DNA of 64,000 nt from an uncultured Dehalococcoidia bacterium (GCA_951812285.1 OX638292.1:1464551-1528550); one strand, 5' to 3'. Counted from the stretch's first letter, positions 8,396 to 18,140 are shown. Notes: generated by a model not told the origin, from the sequence alone. Program-made: numbers and translations.

Positions 8396-9628
8396 ATGAA
8401 CGACGGCAAGCTGTGCATATCCGCGGACTCGCACGTGGTGGAGTCGGTGGAGTTCTTCGAGCCGCTGGCCGACATGTTCGGCGAGAAGGCGCCTCGCGTT
8501 GTTATCGCGGACCCGGCGATTGGGCCGCAGCTGAATCTCGGCGACGGGCGGCTGGGGCTGAGGATCACCGGGTTCTTCATGCAAAACGTTGACTTCACCA
8601 AGCCCGAGGCACAGGAGCTCCTCGCAAAGGGCTACGAGCTCGCACGCCCCGGTTGCTACGACGTGAAGGAGCGGCTGCTGGACCAGGACATCGACGGGAT
8701 CGACGCAGAGGTCATCTACCCGAGCGTTATCTTCAACGTCTACCAGGTGGAGGACCGGAACGTGCTCAACGCCACCTTCCGGCTCTACAACGACTGGGTG
8801 GCGGACTATTGCAAGAAGGCGCCAGACCGGCTGTTCCCGCTGGCGAGCCTGCAGCTCTACGACCTGGACGAGGCCATCGCGGAGATGGAGCGGAGCAAGC
8901 TAATGGGGCACGTGGGCGCGTCCATCCCGGCGTCGGCGCCGCCAGACAAGCAGTACGTGGACCCGTGGTACGACAAGTTCTGGGCTGCCGCCGAAGAAAT
9001 GCAGATGCCGCTGAACATGCACATCTTCACGGGCGCGACAGCCGACCACGGCCTGCCCAGAAACGACCCTCGCAGCCGTGCGAACGGGCCGATGGCCTTC
9101 GCGGGCGTTGCGCTGACGGTGGCCGACATCATCCAGTCAGGCGTGTGCGAGCGGTTCCCGAACCTGAAGTTCGTTGTGACCGAGTTCGAGACGGGCTGGA
9201 TCGGCCACGTGCTCAAGCGGCTCGACTGGGCGTACGTGCGCGGGGGCGGCGAGCGGAGGATGGGGCTGCCCAAGCTGCCCAGCGAGTACTGGCGCAGCAA
9301 CTTCTACTGCACCTTCGAGGACGACCCGCTAGGCATTCGCACGCGGGACTTCATCGACGTGAACACGATGCTGTGGGGCAGCGACTACCCACACGGCGAC
9401 TCGATCTTCCCGCACTCGCAGCAGGTGCTTAGCGAGATCCTGGACGGGTGCACGCCGGAAGAGAAGTGGAAGATGACGGTGAAAAACGTCGTCGACCTGT
9501 ACCACCTGCCGTACGAGGTGACGGGACCGGAGCAGGCGCGCATCAACTACGTGCCCACGCCGGAGGTCAAGACGTGGCGGAACTCGCTGCCGTTGACCGA
9601 GGTGACGCAGTCCACGCCGATGGTTTAG
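8396..9628 (+). CDS. amidohydrolase-2 (ACMSD/decarboxylase-hydratase type) family metal-dependent hydrolase
   Basis: 410-aa ORF with AGGAGG RBS. N-terminal CISADSHVVE (metal-binding H-x-H-like start of the TIM barrel). Also DAEVIYPS, MHIFTG, WGSDYPHGDS. Confidence 0.8.
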   Translation: MNDGKLCISADSHVVESVEFFEPLADMFGEKAPRVVIADPAIGPQLNLGDGRLGLRITGFFMQNVDFTKPEAQELLAKGYELARPGCYDVKERLLDQDIDGIDAEVIYPSVIFNVYQVEDRNVLNATFRLYNDWVADYCKKAPDRLFPLASLQLYDLDEAIAEMERSKLMGHVGASIPASAPPDKQYVDPWYDKFWAAAEEMQMPLNMHIFTGATADHGLPRNDPRSRANGPMAFAGVALTVADIIQSGVCERFPNLKFVVTEFETGWIGHVLKRLDWAYVRGGGERRMGLPKLPSEYWRSNFYCTFEDDPLGIRTRDFIDVNTMLWGSDYPHGDSIFPHSQQVLSEILDGCTPEEKWKMTVKNVVDLYHLPYEVTGPEQARINYVPTPEVKTWRNSLPLTEVTQSTPMV

Positions 9629-9688
9629 TATTGGGGTGGCGGTCTCAGACCGCCTGGATTCGGGCGCCAAAGGGGACAAGGAGGAGAG

Positions 9689-10909
9689 ATGGACAAGCTG
9701 CTTTGTATCTCTGCAGACTCGCACATCGTCGAGCCGCCGGAGCTGTTCGAACCGCTGATCAAGAAGTATGGAGAACGTGCTCCGCACATGGCCGTTTCCA
9801 ATCCGGAGATGGGACCGCAGATGCACCTGGGCAACGGCAAGATCGGATTGCCGGCCGCCGGTTTCCTGCAGCAGAACGTCGACTTCACCAGCCCGCAGGC
9901 GCGGGCGGACATGAAGCGCGGCTACGACCTGGCGCTGCCGGGCTGCTACGACGTCGCGGAGCGGATGAAGGAGCAGGAGCAGGACGGCATCGACGCGGAA
10001 GTGCTGTACCCGAGCCTTCTGTTCAACGTCTACCAGGTCGAGGACCTGAATATCGTCAAGGACACCTTCACGGTATTCAACGACTGGATCACGGACTATG
10101 TCAGCCCCGCACCCGAACGCCTGTTTGCGCTCGGCGCAGTGCAGCTCTGGGACCTGGACCAGGCAATCGAGGAGATGGAGCGGTGCAAGTCCATGGGCCA
10201 CGTCGGCGTGTGCGTGCCCATCACGGCGCCGCCCGACCACCTGTACGTGGACACCTGGTACGACAAGTTCTGGGCGGCCGCGCAGGACATGGAAATGCCG
10301 CTGAACATGCACCTGTTCACGGGCGCGACGGACAACCACGGCCTTCCGCCCCGGCAAGCGCCGAGCCGTGCAAACGGCCCCATGGGCTTCGCCGGCGCAG
10401 CCTTCACCATTGCCGACATGATCCAGTCCGGCGTCCTGGAGCGTTTCCCGAACCTCAAGGTCGTCATCACCGAGTTTGAGACCGGTTGGATCGGGCACGT
10501 GCTGAAGAGGCTTGACTGGGCGTACATCCGCGGCGGCGGCGAGCGGACGTCGGGGCTGCCGATGCTGCCGAGCCACTACTGGCTGCGCAACTTCTACGCC
10601 ACCTTCGAGGACGACCCTCTCGGCATTCGGACGCGCGACTTCATCGGCACGAAGACGCTGATGTGGGGCAACGACTACCCGCACGGCGACTCCGTGTTCC
10701 CGCACTCGCAACAGGTGCTGAGCGAGATTCTCGACGAGTGCACGGCGGAAGAGCGGTACGAGATGACCGTGAAGAACGTGGTCGAGCTGTACAATCTGCC
10801 GTTCAAGCTTGAGGGCCCGGAGCAGGCCAAGGCCAACTACCTGGACTTCGGCAAGGAGAAGACCTGGCGGGCGTCGCTGCCCGGCTACGCGACGGCGCTG
10901 ACCGGCTAG
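9689..10909 (+). CDS. amidohydrolase-2 family protein, paralogue of 8396..9628
   Basis: 406-aa ORF. CISADSHIVEPPELFEPL, DAEVLYPS, MHLFTG, WGNDYPHGDS. Colinear with the upstream gene. Confidence 0.8.
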   Translation: MDKLLCISADSHIVEPPELFEPLIKKYGERAPHMAVSNPEMGPQMHLGNGKIGLPAAGFLQQNVDFTSPQARADMKRGYDLALPGCYDVAERMKEQEQDGIDAEVLYPSLLFNVYQVEDLNIVKDTFTVFNDWITDYVSPAPERLFALGAVQLWDLDQAIEEMERCKSMGHVGVCVPITAPPDHLYVDTWYDKFWAAAQDMEMPLNMHLFTGATDNHGLPPRQAPSRANGPMGFAGAAFTIADMIQSGVLERFPNLKVVITEFETGWIGHVLKRLDWAYIRGGGERTSGLPMLPSHYWLRNFYATFEDDPLGIRTRDFIGTKTLMWGNDYPHGDSVFPHSQQVLSEILDECTAEERYEMTVKNVVELYNLPFKLEGPEQAKANYLDFGKEKTWRASLPGYATALTG

Positions 10910-11029
10910 CGACCGGCGTTCGAAGCGAAGACTCGACATAAGCACGCGAGGGTTGGGGGACACTCCAGCCCTCGCGGCGCGTTCTGGGACATTCATGCAG
11001 GGCGAGGCCAGAACACACAGAGGTGCAAT

Positions 11030-12055
11030 TTGAAGAAGCGGCTTGTCTACTTTGGCCATTGGACCAATCCCATGGGCGAGGAGATGCTTGCGCAGGATGA
11101 GAACACGGAACTGGTGTGCCTGGAACGCTCCGCGCCGCTGGAGGAGAAGTTGGAGGCGCTGAAGACGGCTCACGGCCACCTGCTTTCCATGGGGGACATT
11201 CAATTTGACGCGGCGATGGTAACGGAGTGCCCGGACCTGCTGGCCGTCGGCTCACGCGTGGCGGGCTTCGAGGCGGTGGACGTGGACGCATGCACTGAGG
11301 CGGGCGTGCTCGTTGTCAACCAGGGCGGCATCGGCAACGAGCCTGTGGCGGAGCACGTCATCGCGGCGATGATCAGCCTGTCGAAGCACATTCCGCAGGC
11401 CGACCGAGCGCTGCGCCAAGGCATCGTGAAGCGGCCGGGACAGTTTGTCGGCGACAACGTACAGTACCGCACCATGGGCGTCATCGGCATGGGCAACATC
11501 GGCGCGCGGGTGGCGGACATCTGCAAGCTTGGGTTCCAGATGCGCGTGCTGGTGCACGACCCATTTCTCAGCGACGAGGAGATTGCGCAGCGCGGCGGGG
11601 AACCATGCTCGCTGGACGAGCTGATGCAGGAGAGCGACTACATCACGCTGCACGTGCCGCTGAGCGAGCAGACGCGCGGGATGATAGGCGCGCGGGAGTT
11701 CGGCCTGATGAAGCCGACAGCGTACTTCATCAACACGTCGCGTGGGCCCAACATCGACGAGCGGGCGCTGACGATCGCGCTGCAAGAGGGCTCGCTGGCG
11801 GGGGCGGCGCTGGACGTGTGGGACCCGGAGCCGCCGCTGCCGGACAACCCACTGCTCCAGATGGACAACGTGCTCGCGACGCAGCACACGTCGGGTCCCA
11901 CCAAACAAGCGCACGCGGCGATGTCGGAGTCGGCGGCGCTGCAGTGGGCGGCGATCTTCCGCGGCGAACGGCCTCCGCGACTCATCAACCCGGAGGCGTG
12001 GCCGGCTTACATCGAGCGGCACACGCGCATCGTGGGGGAGCCGCCGCAGGACTAG
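11030..12055 (+). CDS. D-isomer-specific 2-hydroxyacid dehydrogenase, paralogue of 5255..6286
   Basis: 341-aa ORF with a TTG start; the start is supported by alignment [11 protein letters not shown] vs [39 protein letters not shown]. Confidence 0.8.
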   Translation: MKKRLVYFGHWTNPMGEEMLAQDENTELVCLERSAPLEEKLEALKTAHGHLLSMGDIQFDAAMVTECPDLLAVGSRVAGFEAVDVDACTEAGVLVVNQGGIGNEPVAEHVIAAMISLSKHIPQADRALRQGIVKRPGQFVGDNVQYRTMGVIGMGNIGARVADICKLGFQMRVLVHDPFLSDEEIAQRGGEPCSLDELMQESDYITLHVPLSEQTRGMIGAREFGLMKPTAYFINTSRGPNIDERALTIALQEGSLAGAALDVWDPEPPLPDNPLLQMDNVLATQHTSGPTKQAHAAMSESAALQWAAIFRGERPPRLINPEAWPAYIERHTRIVGEPPQD

Positions 12056-12807
12056 CCGCGGCCGATGAAGGGCATCTTGGTGGCCATGATGGTCATGAAC
12101 TGGACGTTGGCCCACAGGGGTAGGCTGTCCATGTAGAGGATAGCCTCGCCAGATTGCCGCGCGGTCATCTTCGGCTCCTCGATGAACTGGCCGTTGGGCT
12201 GCTCGTTGCCGCCGCGAGCGGCGGTACGCTCGGTCGCGGCGTTGCCGATGTCGATCTGGCACACGGCGATGTCGTACTTTCGTCCGTCGAGGGCGGAGGC
12301 CTTCGTGAGGCCGGTGACGGCGTGCTTTGTGGCGGTGTAGGGGGCGGAGTTGGGTCGCGGCGCGTGGGCGGAGATGGAGCCGTTGTTGATGATGCGGCCG
12401 CCCATGGGCGTCTGACTCTTCATAATCTTGAAGGCTTCCTGGGTGCAGTAGAAAACGCCGTTGAGGTTGACGTTGACCACCGTCGTCCACTGCTCGACGG
12501 TCAGGTCCTCGAGGGGGTCACGGGGGGAGAACTGACCGGCGTTGTTGAAGAGCAGGTCCAGGCGGCCAAAGGTCTCTACAGTCTTGGCAAAGAGGTTCTT
12601 GATCGAGTCAATATCGCTTACGTCTGTCGGGACGGCGAGGGCCTTTCCTGCCGGGGCGCCGGCCTCCTCGATGGCGGAGTCGAGCAGCTCTGCGCGGCGG
12701 CCCGCCAGGACGACCGAGTAGCCCGCTTCCAGCAACACGAGGGCCGACTGCCTGCCGATGCCGCTGCTCGCGCCCGTGATGACCGCAACCTTGTCCGTAG
12801 CTTCCAT
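12052..12807 (-). CDS. short-chain dehydrogenase/reductase (SDR)
   Basis: ATG 12807 with [19 protein letters not shown] cofactor motif, NNAG, and the Y-x-x-x-K catalytic pair (YTATK). The 356-aa listed ORF is an upstream extension without support. Its stop overlaps the convergent dehydrogenase stop in CTAG (12052-12055). Confidence 0.85.
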   Translation of the reverse strand: MEATDKVAVITGASSGIGRQSALVLLEAGYSVVLAGRRAELLDSAIEEAGAPAGKALAVPTDVSDIDSIKNLFAKTVETFGRLDLLFNNAGQFSPRDPLEDLTVEQWTTVVNVNLNGVFYCTQEAFKIMKSQTPMGGRIINNGSISAHAPRPNSAPYTATKHAVTGLTKASALDGRKYDIAVCQIDIGNAATERTAARGGNEQPNGQFIEEPKMTARQSGEAILYMDSLPLWANVQFMTIMATKMPFIGRG

Positions 12808-13098
12808 GTCACCTTCTCCAGCGTTGGTTGACGCGCGCGGCCGCGAGGGGCAATCGCGCACCCCGCTATCATCGCACAGCGGCGCGGGTTGCACCACGTT
12901 CGTCCGATATAGGCAACGGCGTATGCCTGCATGTTGAGCGCTAGGCAGCACCAAAGTATCTTGCGCGGCGAATCCTCCAGCGCGACAATCGCGATGGAGG
13001 GCCAAGGGACTCAGTGGCGCGGATCGGCGGGTGGCCCCGTGGCGAGGCAGCAAGCGGCTGAACGCCGCTCGGGCAGAGGCGCAGGAAAGGAGGACCCC

Positions 13099-13707
13099 AT
13101 GGCAGGTGCAGGACCGGCCCAAGTTGGTCTTGGCGTCGAGTACTCGGAGCGTTTATCGAGGCTTGTGTTGTTGCTCAAGACGTTCCTAGGGTGGCTCTAC
13201 GTCGCGATTCCCCATGGCATCGTCCTGGGCATACTGTCGTTCGTTGCGCTGGTGTTGCACGTCGTCGCCTTCGTCATCGTGCTGTTCACCGGGAAGTATC
13301 CGCGCGGGATTTACGACATAATGATGGGTTACCACGCTTGGAGCGCGCGGGTGGACGCGTACCTGAACCTGATGACGGACAAGTACCCGCCGTTTGCGTT
13401 GTCGGCGCCGGACTACCCAGTGTACGTGCACATCGAGTACCAGGAGGAGGTTTCGCGTGGGACGGCGGCGCTGCGGTTCTTTCTCGGGTGGCTGTACGTC
13501 GGCATCCCGCACGGAATTGCGCTGTTTGTGCTGGGGCTGATTGCGTTCGCGGCGATCGTCATCGGGTGGTTCGCGATCCTGTTCACGGGGCAGTTCCCAC
13601 GCGCGCTCTTCGACTTCGTCGAGGGGACGATGCGATGGGGGCTTCGTGTGAGCGCGTACCTGTACCTGCTGAACGACAAGTACCCGCCGTTCAGCCTCAA
13701 GCCGTAG
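13099..13707 (+). CDS. DUF4389-type membrane protein (two internal repeats)
   Basis: ATG 13099 after AGGAAAGGAGG. Two copies of the module FLGWLYV.IPHGI..........FTG.YPRG.....G...W..RV.AYL.L..DKYPPF. Confidence 0.7.
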   Translation: MAGAGPAQVGLGVEYSERLSRLVLLLKTFLGWLYVAIPHGIVLGILSFVALVLHVVAFVIVLFTGKYPRGIYDIMMGYHAWSARVDAYLNLMTDKYPPFALSAPDYPVYVHIEYQEEVSRGTAALRFFLGWLYVGIPHGIALFVLGLIAFAAIVIGWFAILFTGQFPRALFDFVEGTMRWGLRVSAYLYLLNDKYPPFSLKP

Positions 13708-13737
13708 GCCGACGGACACTACGGGCCTGAAAATGCG

Positions 13738-13786
13738 ATTGGCCAAGCCTCGGGTGGGCGTGCGCCCGGCCGTTGGCTTGGCCAAT
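13738..13786 (-). terminator. terminator hairpin downstream of tmRNA (also faces the DUF4389 gene)
   Basis: 12-bp arms ATTGGCCAAGCC / GGCTTGGCCAAT with a GC-rich structured loop. On the minus strand it is followed by CATTTTC. Confidence 0.55.
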
Positions 13787-13798
13787 CTTTGTGTGCGC

Positions 13799-14148
13799 TG
13801 GTGGAGACGGGGGAGAGTCGAACTCCCCGTCCAAGAAGCGCTCAAGGGGATGTACTCCAGGCGTAGCCGCTGTATTGGGTTTCGCCATCGCAGCCCCCGG
13901 CGGCAGGGTCTGGTCAGGCTAGCCGAGACTGGACTTAAGCCTTCGCGGATCGGCGTGAGCTAGGGCCGCACCCTGTTTTTGTTGCGCCCGGCTCTTCCCT
14001 ACAGGGAAGGGAAGGACGGACGGGCCGCTCTAGGCGGCCAGTGCGAGTTCGCGCTCGCCAGTTACTTTTGTTCCGCCTGTTTAACGAGGAGGGCGGACCT
14101 CGGCCTGCAATCCCGCTCTGCTACCCCCTGTCGAAACCACGCGTCCCC
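13799..14148 (-). ncRNA. ssrA: tmRNA (SsrA), one-piece
   Basis: Minus strand starts GGGGACGCGUGGUUUCGACAGGGG and ends GGACGGGGAGUUCGACUCUCCCCCGUCUCCACCA. Acceptor stem has the G3:U wobble. Internal tag frame ...GGC GAG CGC GAA CUC GCA CUG GCC GCC UAG gives ...GERELALAA* (14030-14059). It lies immediately next to smpB. Confidence 0.93.
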
Positions 14149-14203
14149 GTGTTGTTTCCAGTGTATCACGGAAGGGTTGACGGAAGAGGGGTGCGGGCCG
14201 CGG

Positions 14204-14707
14204 CTAGCGGTACTCCTTCATGTGCCGCTGGGCCTCGAGGTCGAGGTCGCGGGCGATGATGGCGTCCTTCTTGCTGTACTGTCGCTTGCCCTTGGCGAGG
14301 CCCAGGAGCACCTTGGCGACGCGGCCCTTGATGTAGAGGCGCAGCGGGACGATGGTGTGGCCCTTCTGCGAGACGGCCACTGCGAGGTCGTCCATCTGGT
14401 TACGATGGAGTAGGAGCTTGCGCGGGCGCCTGGGCTCGTGGTTGTGGATGTTGCCCTGCTCGTAGGGGGCGAGGTGCATGCCCTCGAGCCAGAGCTCGTG
14501 CTTGAGCTCGCGGGCGTAGGCGCCGCGGAGGTCGACCTTACCGGTGCGGATGGACTTGATCTCGGTGCCGGTCAGCACGAGCCCGGCCTCGACGGTGTCG
14601 AGGATGTCGTAGTCGTAGGTGGCGCGGCGGTTCACCGCGACGGTGCCTCCGCGCTTGAGCGTCGATTCGGGGGACTTGGCCGACTTCCGGCCCTTCTTAG
14701 TGGACAT
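14204..14707 (-). CDS. smpB: SsrA-binding protein SmpB
   Basis: 167-aa ORF. VAVNRRATYDYDILDTVEAGLVLTGTEIKSIR... and a basic C-terminal tail. Adjacent to tmRNA. Confidence 0.93.
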   Translation of the reverse strand: MSTKKGRKSAKSPESTLKRGGTVAVNRRATYDYDILDTVEAGLVLTGTEIKSIRTGKVDLRGAYARELKHELWLEGMHLAPYEQGNIHNHEPRRPRKLLLHRNQMDDLAVAVSQKGHTIVPLRLYIKGRVAKVLLGLAKGKRQYSKKDAIIARDLDLEAQRHMKEYR

Positions 14708-16166
14708 AACGCATACTCAACGGCCTCCGTGGCTGGCCTTCACCCGACGGAGTCATTTCAGCTATCAGGTCCAGCGCGAACAGCATCTGCTCGTCCCGTT
14801 GTATGGGCCCGCGCTCAACCTCGATGTCCGGGCCGAGTCCACTGCCCTCTATGAGGCGGCCGTTGGGAGTATACCAGCGCCCGTACGAGTAGTAGAGGCC
14901 GCCGCCGTCCGACAAGGGCGCGAGCTGGTTGATGCTGCCCTTGCCGAAGGTCCTGACGCCGACGACGGTGGCGCGCTCACGGTCCTGCAGCGCGCCGGCG
15001 AGGACCTCGCCAGCGCTGGCGGAATGCTGGTTCACCAGCAGGACGAGCGGCAGCTCCGTCGCGACGCCGCCCTCCTCGGCGTTCCAGTCCTTACGCTCGT
15101 TCGCGCCGTCGAGCTCGTAGACGACGAGGCCGCCGTCGAGGAACAGGCTCGCGATGTTGACGGTCGTCGTGAGCAGGCCTCCGGGGTTGTTGCGGACGTC
15201 GAGGATGAGCCCCTTCGCGCCGGACTCTATTATCTCGACGAGGGCATCTTCCACCGCCTCGTCGGTGTTGGCGTAGAAGCCGGAGAGGCGGATGTAGGCG
15301 TGTCCGCTGGGCGTACTCTGCCACGTCACGCTCTGCAGATTGATGGGGGCCCGGGTGATGGAGATCTCCACCACTTGCGTCTCGCCCTCATGGATGATGC
15401 CGAGCACGACGACGGTGTCCGAGGGTCCGCGCACCTTGCTCACGACGTCCAGCGTCGTCCAGCCCATGACGCTCTCTCCGTCTACGGTGAGGAGCTGGTC
15501 GCCGGGGCGGAGGCCGGCTTTCTCAGCGGGGCTGTCCGGCATGGGCGTGAGCGTGAAGGTGTCCTCGTCGGCGTGCACTTCGGCGCCGACGCCCTGATAG
15601 CTGCCGATGAACTCGAGGTCCTCGAGCTCGTATTGCTGGGGCGGGACGTAGGCGGAGTGCGGGTCGTCGAGGGCGTCGACGATGCCGCGCATGGCGGCGC
15701 GCGAGAGTGCGAGGGGGTCGGGCGGCTCGTCCCCATTGTATTCGGTGTAAATGGCGGACCATGCGTCCCATAGGGGCGCGAACTCCTCCGGCAGGGCTTC
15801 GGGCGGCTCGATTACCGCTTCGGGAATGGGGGCGTCGCGTAACTCGGGCTTGTCGGCGGCCGAGATGAGGCGGTCGACGGCGCCCTCGGCCAGGACGGAG
15901 GCGTCGATCATCGCACGGTCTACGTGCCTGGTCGACAGGATCTCCCAGATGTCGCCGACGGGGCTGAGGGCGAGGACCGGGACCTCGCCCGGCTGGAGCT
16001 CCTCGGCCTCCGCCAGAATGGCTGTCGCGGTGCTCGTGGAGGAGACGCTGGGGAGGCGTTCGCAGGCGGTCGTGAGCGCGGCGACGGCCAGCAGGACCAC
16101 CAGCGCGCGCAACAGTGCATTGGCAGCGAGCGGAGAACCCTTCATCCGTGGGCAAAGATACGGCAC
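14697..16166 (-). CDS. S41 family C-terminal processing peptidase with PDZ domain (lipoprotein signal)
   Basis: 489-aa ORF, GTG start with AAGGA RBS. Lipobox LTTAC. PDZ region GLRPGDQLLTVDG. S41 motifs LDVRNNPGGLL and SASAGEVLAGALQD. Overlaps the smpB start by 11 nt. Confidence 0.85.
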   Translation of the reverse strand: MPYLCPRMKGSPLAANALLRALVVLLAVAALTTACERLPSVSSTSTATAILAEAEELQPGEVPVLALSPVGDIWEILSTRHVDRAMIDASVLAEGAVDRLISAADKPELRDAPIPEAVIEPPEALPEEFAPLWDAWSAIYTEYNGDEPPDPLALSRAAMRGIVDALDDPHSAYVPPQQYELEDLEFIGSYQGVGAEVHADEDTFTLTPMPDSPAEKAGLRPGDQLLTVDGESVMGWTTLDVVSKVRGPSDTVVVLGIIHEGETQVVEISITRAPINLQSVTWQSTPSGHAYIRLSGFYANTDEAVEDALVEIIESGAKGLILDVRNNPGGLLTTTVNIASLFLDGGLVVYELDGANERKDWNAEEGGVATELPLVLLVNQHSASAGEVLAGALQDRERATVVGVRTFGKGSINQLAPLSDGGGLYYSYGRWYTPNGRLIEGSGLGPDIEVERGPIQRDEQMLFALDLIAEMTPSGEGQPRRPLSMRYVH

Positions 16167-16251
16167 TTGCAGTCCTTTCGCGGTGCTGGCTGCGCGTGGT
16201 TCACCTACTAAAATTGTAGCACGGGCGAAGTGGCTCCCTGGTTAGCATTCG

Positions 16252-16281
16252 TTGACACTACACATAGGCGAGTGCTAGCAT
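16252..16281 (+). promoter_or_regulatory. candidate promoter of citrate synthase
   Basis: TTGACA (16252-16257), 18 nt spacer, TAGCAT (16276-16281). It would give a roughly 140-nt leader with two 8-bp hairpins. Confidence 0.35.
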
Positions 16282-16428
16282 GAGCCAGAAGAAACGCCCA
16301 ATTGCTTGCGCATTAAGTGCAGATAAGGAATTGGGCATTCTACCGCGCCCCAAGTCTTCCCTCAATGCGGACTTGGGACAACGATGTCCAAGTGAACATG
16401 CAGTTGAGTATTCTGGAGGGCATCTGCC

Positions 16429-17568
16429 ATGGCAACTCGATCAGTTGAGCTGAAGCGTGGCCTGAAAGACGTCTACCTCGACAGGACGCAGGCCAGCTTC
16501 ATCGACGGAACCGAAGGCAAGCTGCTCTACCGTGGGTACAACATCCACGACCTGGCGGAAAAGTCCACCTTTGAAGAGGTGGCTTATTTGTTGTTGTACG
16601 GCAGCCTGCCCAACCAGGAGCAGCTAGACGAGCTGGACGCGACGCTCAAGAGCACCCGCACGATACCGGAGGAAGTCTACCGCGTCATCGACCTCACGAA
16701 GGACGGCCACCCGATGGACGTTCTGCGCACGGCCGTGTCCGCCCTCGCATCCTTCGACCCCGATGTCGAAGACAACACGGCCGACGGCGTGCGACGGAAG
16801 GGGCTTCGGCTGACGTCGCAGGCGGCAACGATCATCTGCGCCCACTACCGGGCGCGCCAGGGGCTTCCCCCCATCGCGCCGGACCAGTCGCTAAGCCACG
16901 CGGCCAACTTCCTCTACATGATGCGCGGCGTCGTCCCGGACGAGGACGAGGCCAAGCTCATGGATGTGGACTTCATCCTGCACGCGGAGCACGGGGCCAA
17001 CGCCTCGTCGTTCGCCTCCCGGGTGACGGCGTCGACGCTGGCGGACCTGCACGCGGCGATCGTCACGGGCATCGGCACGCTGAAGGGGCCGCTGCACGGC
17101 GGCGCCGCCGAGTCCGTCATGAAGATGGCCGAGGAGATAGGCGATCCAGCAGAGGCGGAGGCATACGCCAAGCGTGTTCTTGGCGGCCACGGGCGCATCA
17201 TGGGCTTCGGACACCGGGTGTACAAGGCCGAGGACCCGCGGGCGCAGCACCTTCGCGACCGCTCCCGCTCGCTGGGAGAGAAGCTGGGGCAGCCGCAGTG
17301 GATCCAGATCCTGGACGCTCTGGTGGAGGCGATGGCCCCATACCGGGCACGCGGCATCCATGTGAACGTCGACTTCTTCGCCGGGTCCATCTACTACCTG
17401 ATGGACATCCCGGAGGACCTCTTCATCCCGATCTTCGCTCTGGGACGCATCCCAGGCTGGACGCTGCAGGTGCTGGAGCAGTTTGAGAACAACATCCTCA
17501 TCCGGCCGCTGCTGTGGTACGAGGGGCCCATGGATCTGGAGTACGTGCCGATCGAGGCGCGGGCGTAA
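16429..17568 (+). CDS. gltA: citrate synthase (small, type I/2-methylcitrate-synthase-like)
   Basis: 379-aa ORF. LHAEH, GPLHGGA and GFGHRVYK signature motifs. Confidence 0.9.
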   Translation: MATRSVELKRGLKDVYLDRTQASFIDGTEGKLLYRGYNIHDLAEKSTFEEVAYLLLYGSLPNQEQLDELDATLKSTRTIPEEVYRVIDLTKDGHPMDVLRTAVSALASFDPDVEDNTADGVRRKGLRLTSQAATIICAHYRARQGLPPIAPDQSLSHAANFLYMMRGVVPDEDEAKLMDVDFILHAEHGANASSFASRVTASTLADLHAAIVTGIGTLKGPLHGGAAESVMKMAEEIGDPAEAEAYAKRVLGGHGRIMGFGHRVYKAEDPRAQHLRDRSRSLGEKLGQPQWIQILDALVEAMAPYRARGIHVNVDFFAGSIYYLMDIPEDLFIPIFALGRIPGWTLQVLEQFENNILIRPLLWYEGPMDLEYVPIEARA

Positions 17569-17595
17569 CGCCGGGCAACAACGCAAGGACACTCG

Positions 17596-17636
17596 GAGGG
17601 GCTACTGCTGCCGGCGGTGGCCCCTTCGCTTTTGGG
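17596..17636 (+). terminator. terminator-like hairpin after citrate synthase
   Basis: GAGGGGC ... GCCCCTT stem followed by CGCTTTTGG. Confidence 0.4.
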
Positions 17637-17668
17637 GACGACCGGAGGGCGCTGCTTCGCCGCGGGGA

Positions 17669-18140
17669 GCAAAGCGGGGGTCTTCGGCCTGATGGCGGGC
17701 AAACGCACAAGCTGGGCCGCGAAACGGGCTGTTTCGGGGCCTCCTGCGGACACCGGCTCTCCAAGTCCCCGAAAACGGCCGCTTTTGGTCTTGAGCCGGG
17801 CGGCCCACCATCCGGCCCTCGAAAGGGCTTTTGGGCGGGCCAAGGGACAACCGTCGTGCAGGGCTCGAAAACGGGCGTTTTGCAGGCTCAGGCGGACTCC
17901 GCGCCACCCTGCATCGCGAAAGCGCCGCAATGCGGCTCCTGCGTTGCAGCATCGAAACAGCGTCTCTCCAGGTCGTTTCAATTACTTCGCATCACTGCAG
18001 TAACCTAAAGTAGTATTCTACATAAGATAAATATTATGTCATTCTTGAGGGGTTAAACGTACATAATGAATATAGTGCGAAGTGCTTCTCAGCGATTCTC
18101 CAGAGCTTCCGGACCGCGCGAAAACGCGCGTCTTGACTCC
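17669..18140. repeat. array of short inverted-repeat units (core CGAAA(A)C-N4-8-G(T)TTTSG) in a 628-bp convergent intergenic region
   Basis: Core starts at 17720, 17770, 17820, 17866, 17917, 17953 and 18119 (spacing 50, 50, 46, 51, 36 within the main run). Weaker copies at about 17669 and 17699. An AT-rich core at 18001-18075 interrupts the array. Confidence 0.7.

Noticed and set aside
9329-11203. Very long antisense ORFs: 624 aa here, and also 6500..8119 (539 aa), 11252..12490 (412 aa), 21098..22459 (453 aa), 30747..32156 (469 aa), 46478..47785 (435 aa), 6310..7209 (299 aa) and many others.
   Set aside because: Each lies opposite or out of frame to a gene with clear family motifs. The translations are Arg/Pro/Gly/Ala-rich low-complexity sequence typical of stop-poor shadow frames in GC-rich DNA. 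None has an RBS or a recognisable domain.
12052-12055. Convergent genes whose stop codons overlap in the palindrome CTAG.
   Set aside because: The overlap is real, but it is a trivial consequence of tight packing. No hairpin or other signal is associated with it.
13708-14203. Genomic island or prophage integrated at the tmRNA 3' end.
   Set aside because: No integrase, no duplicated tmRNA 3' segment and no compositional break. The flanking DNA is just a terminator hairpin and the DUF4389 gene.
17975-18010. GTTTCAATTACTTCGCATCACTGCAGTAACCTAAAG looks like a CRISPR repeat; its reverse complement ends in ATTGAAAC.
   Set aside because: There is only one copy, with no second repeat or regular spacers anywhere in the window and no cas genes. 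It is better explained as the last, degenerate unit (CGAAAC...GTTTCA) of the hairpin array.
17394-18013. Several 60-195 aa ORFs on both strands of the citrate synthase-peroxiredoxin spacer as possible small proteins.
   Set aside because: All frames are open simply because of GC-rich repeats. The peptides repeat with the DNA hairpin units, and there is no frame-specific GC3 signal or RBS.
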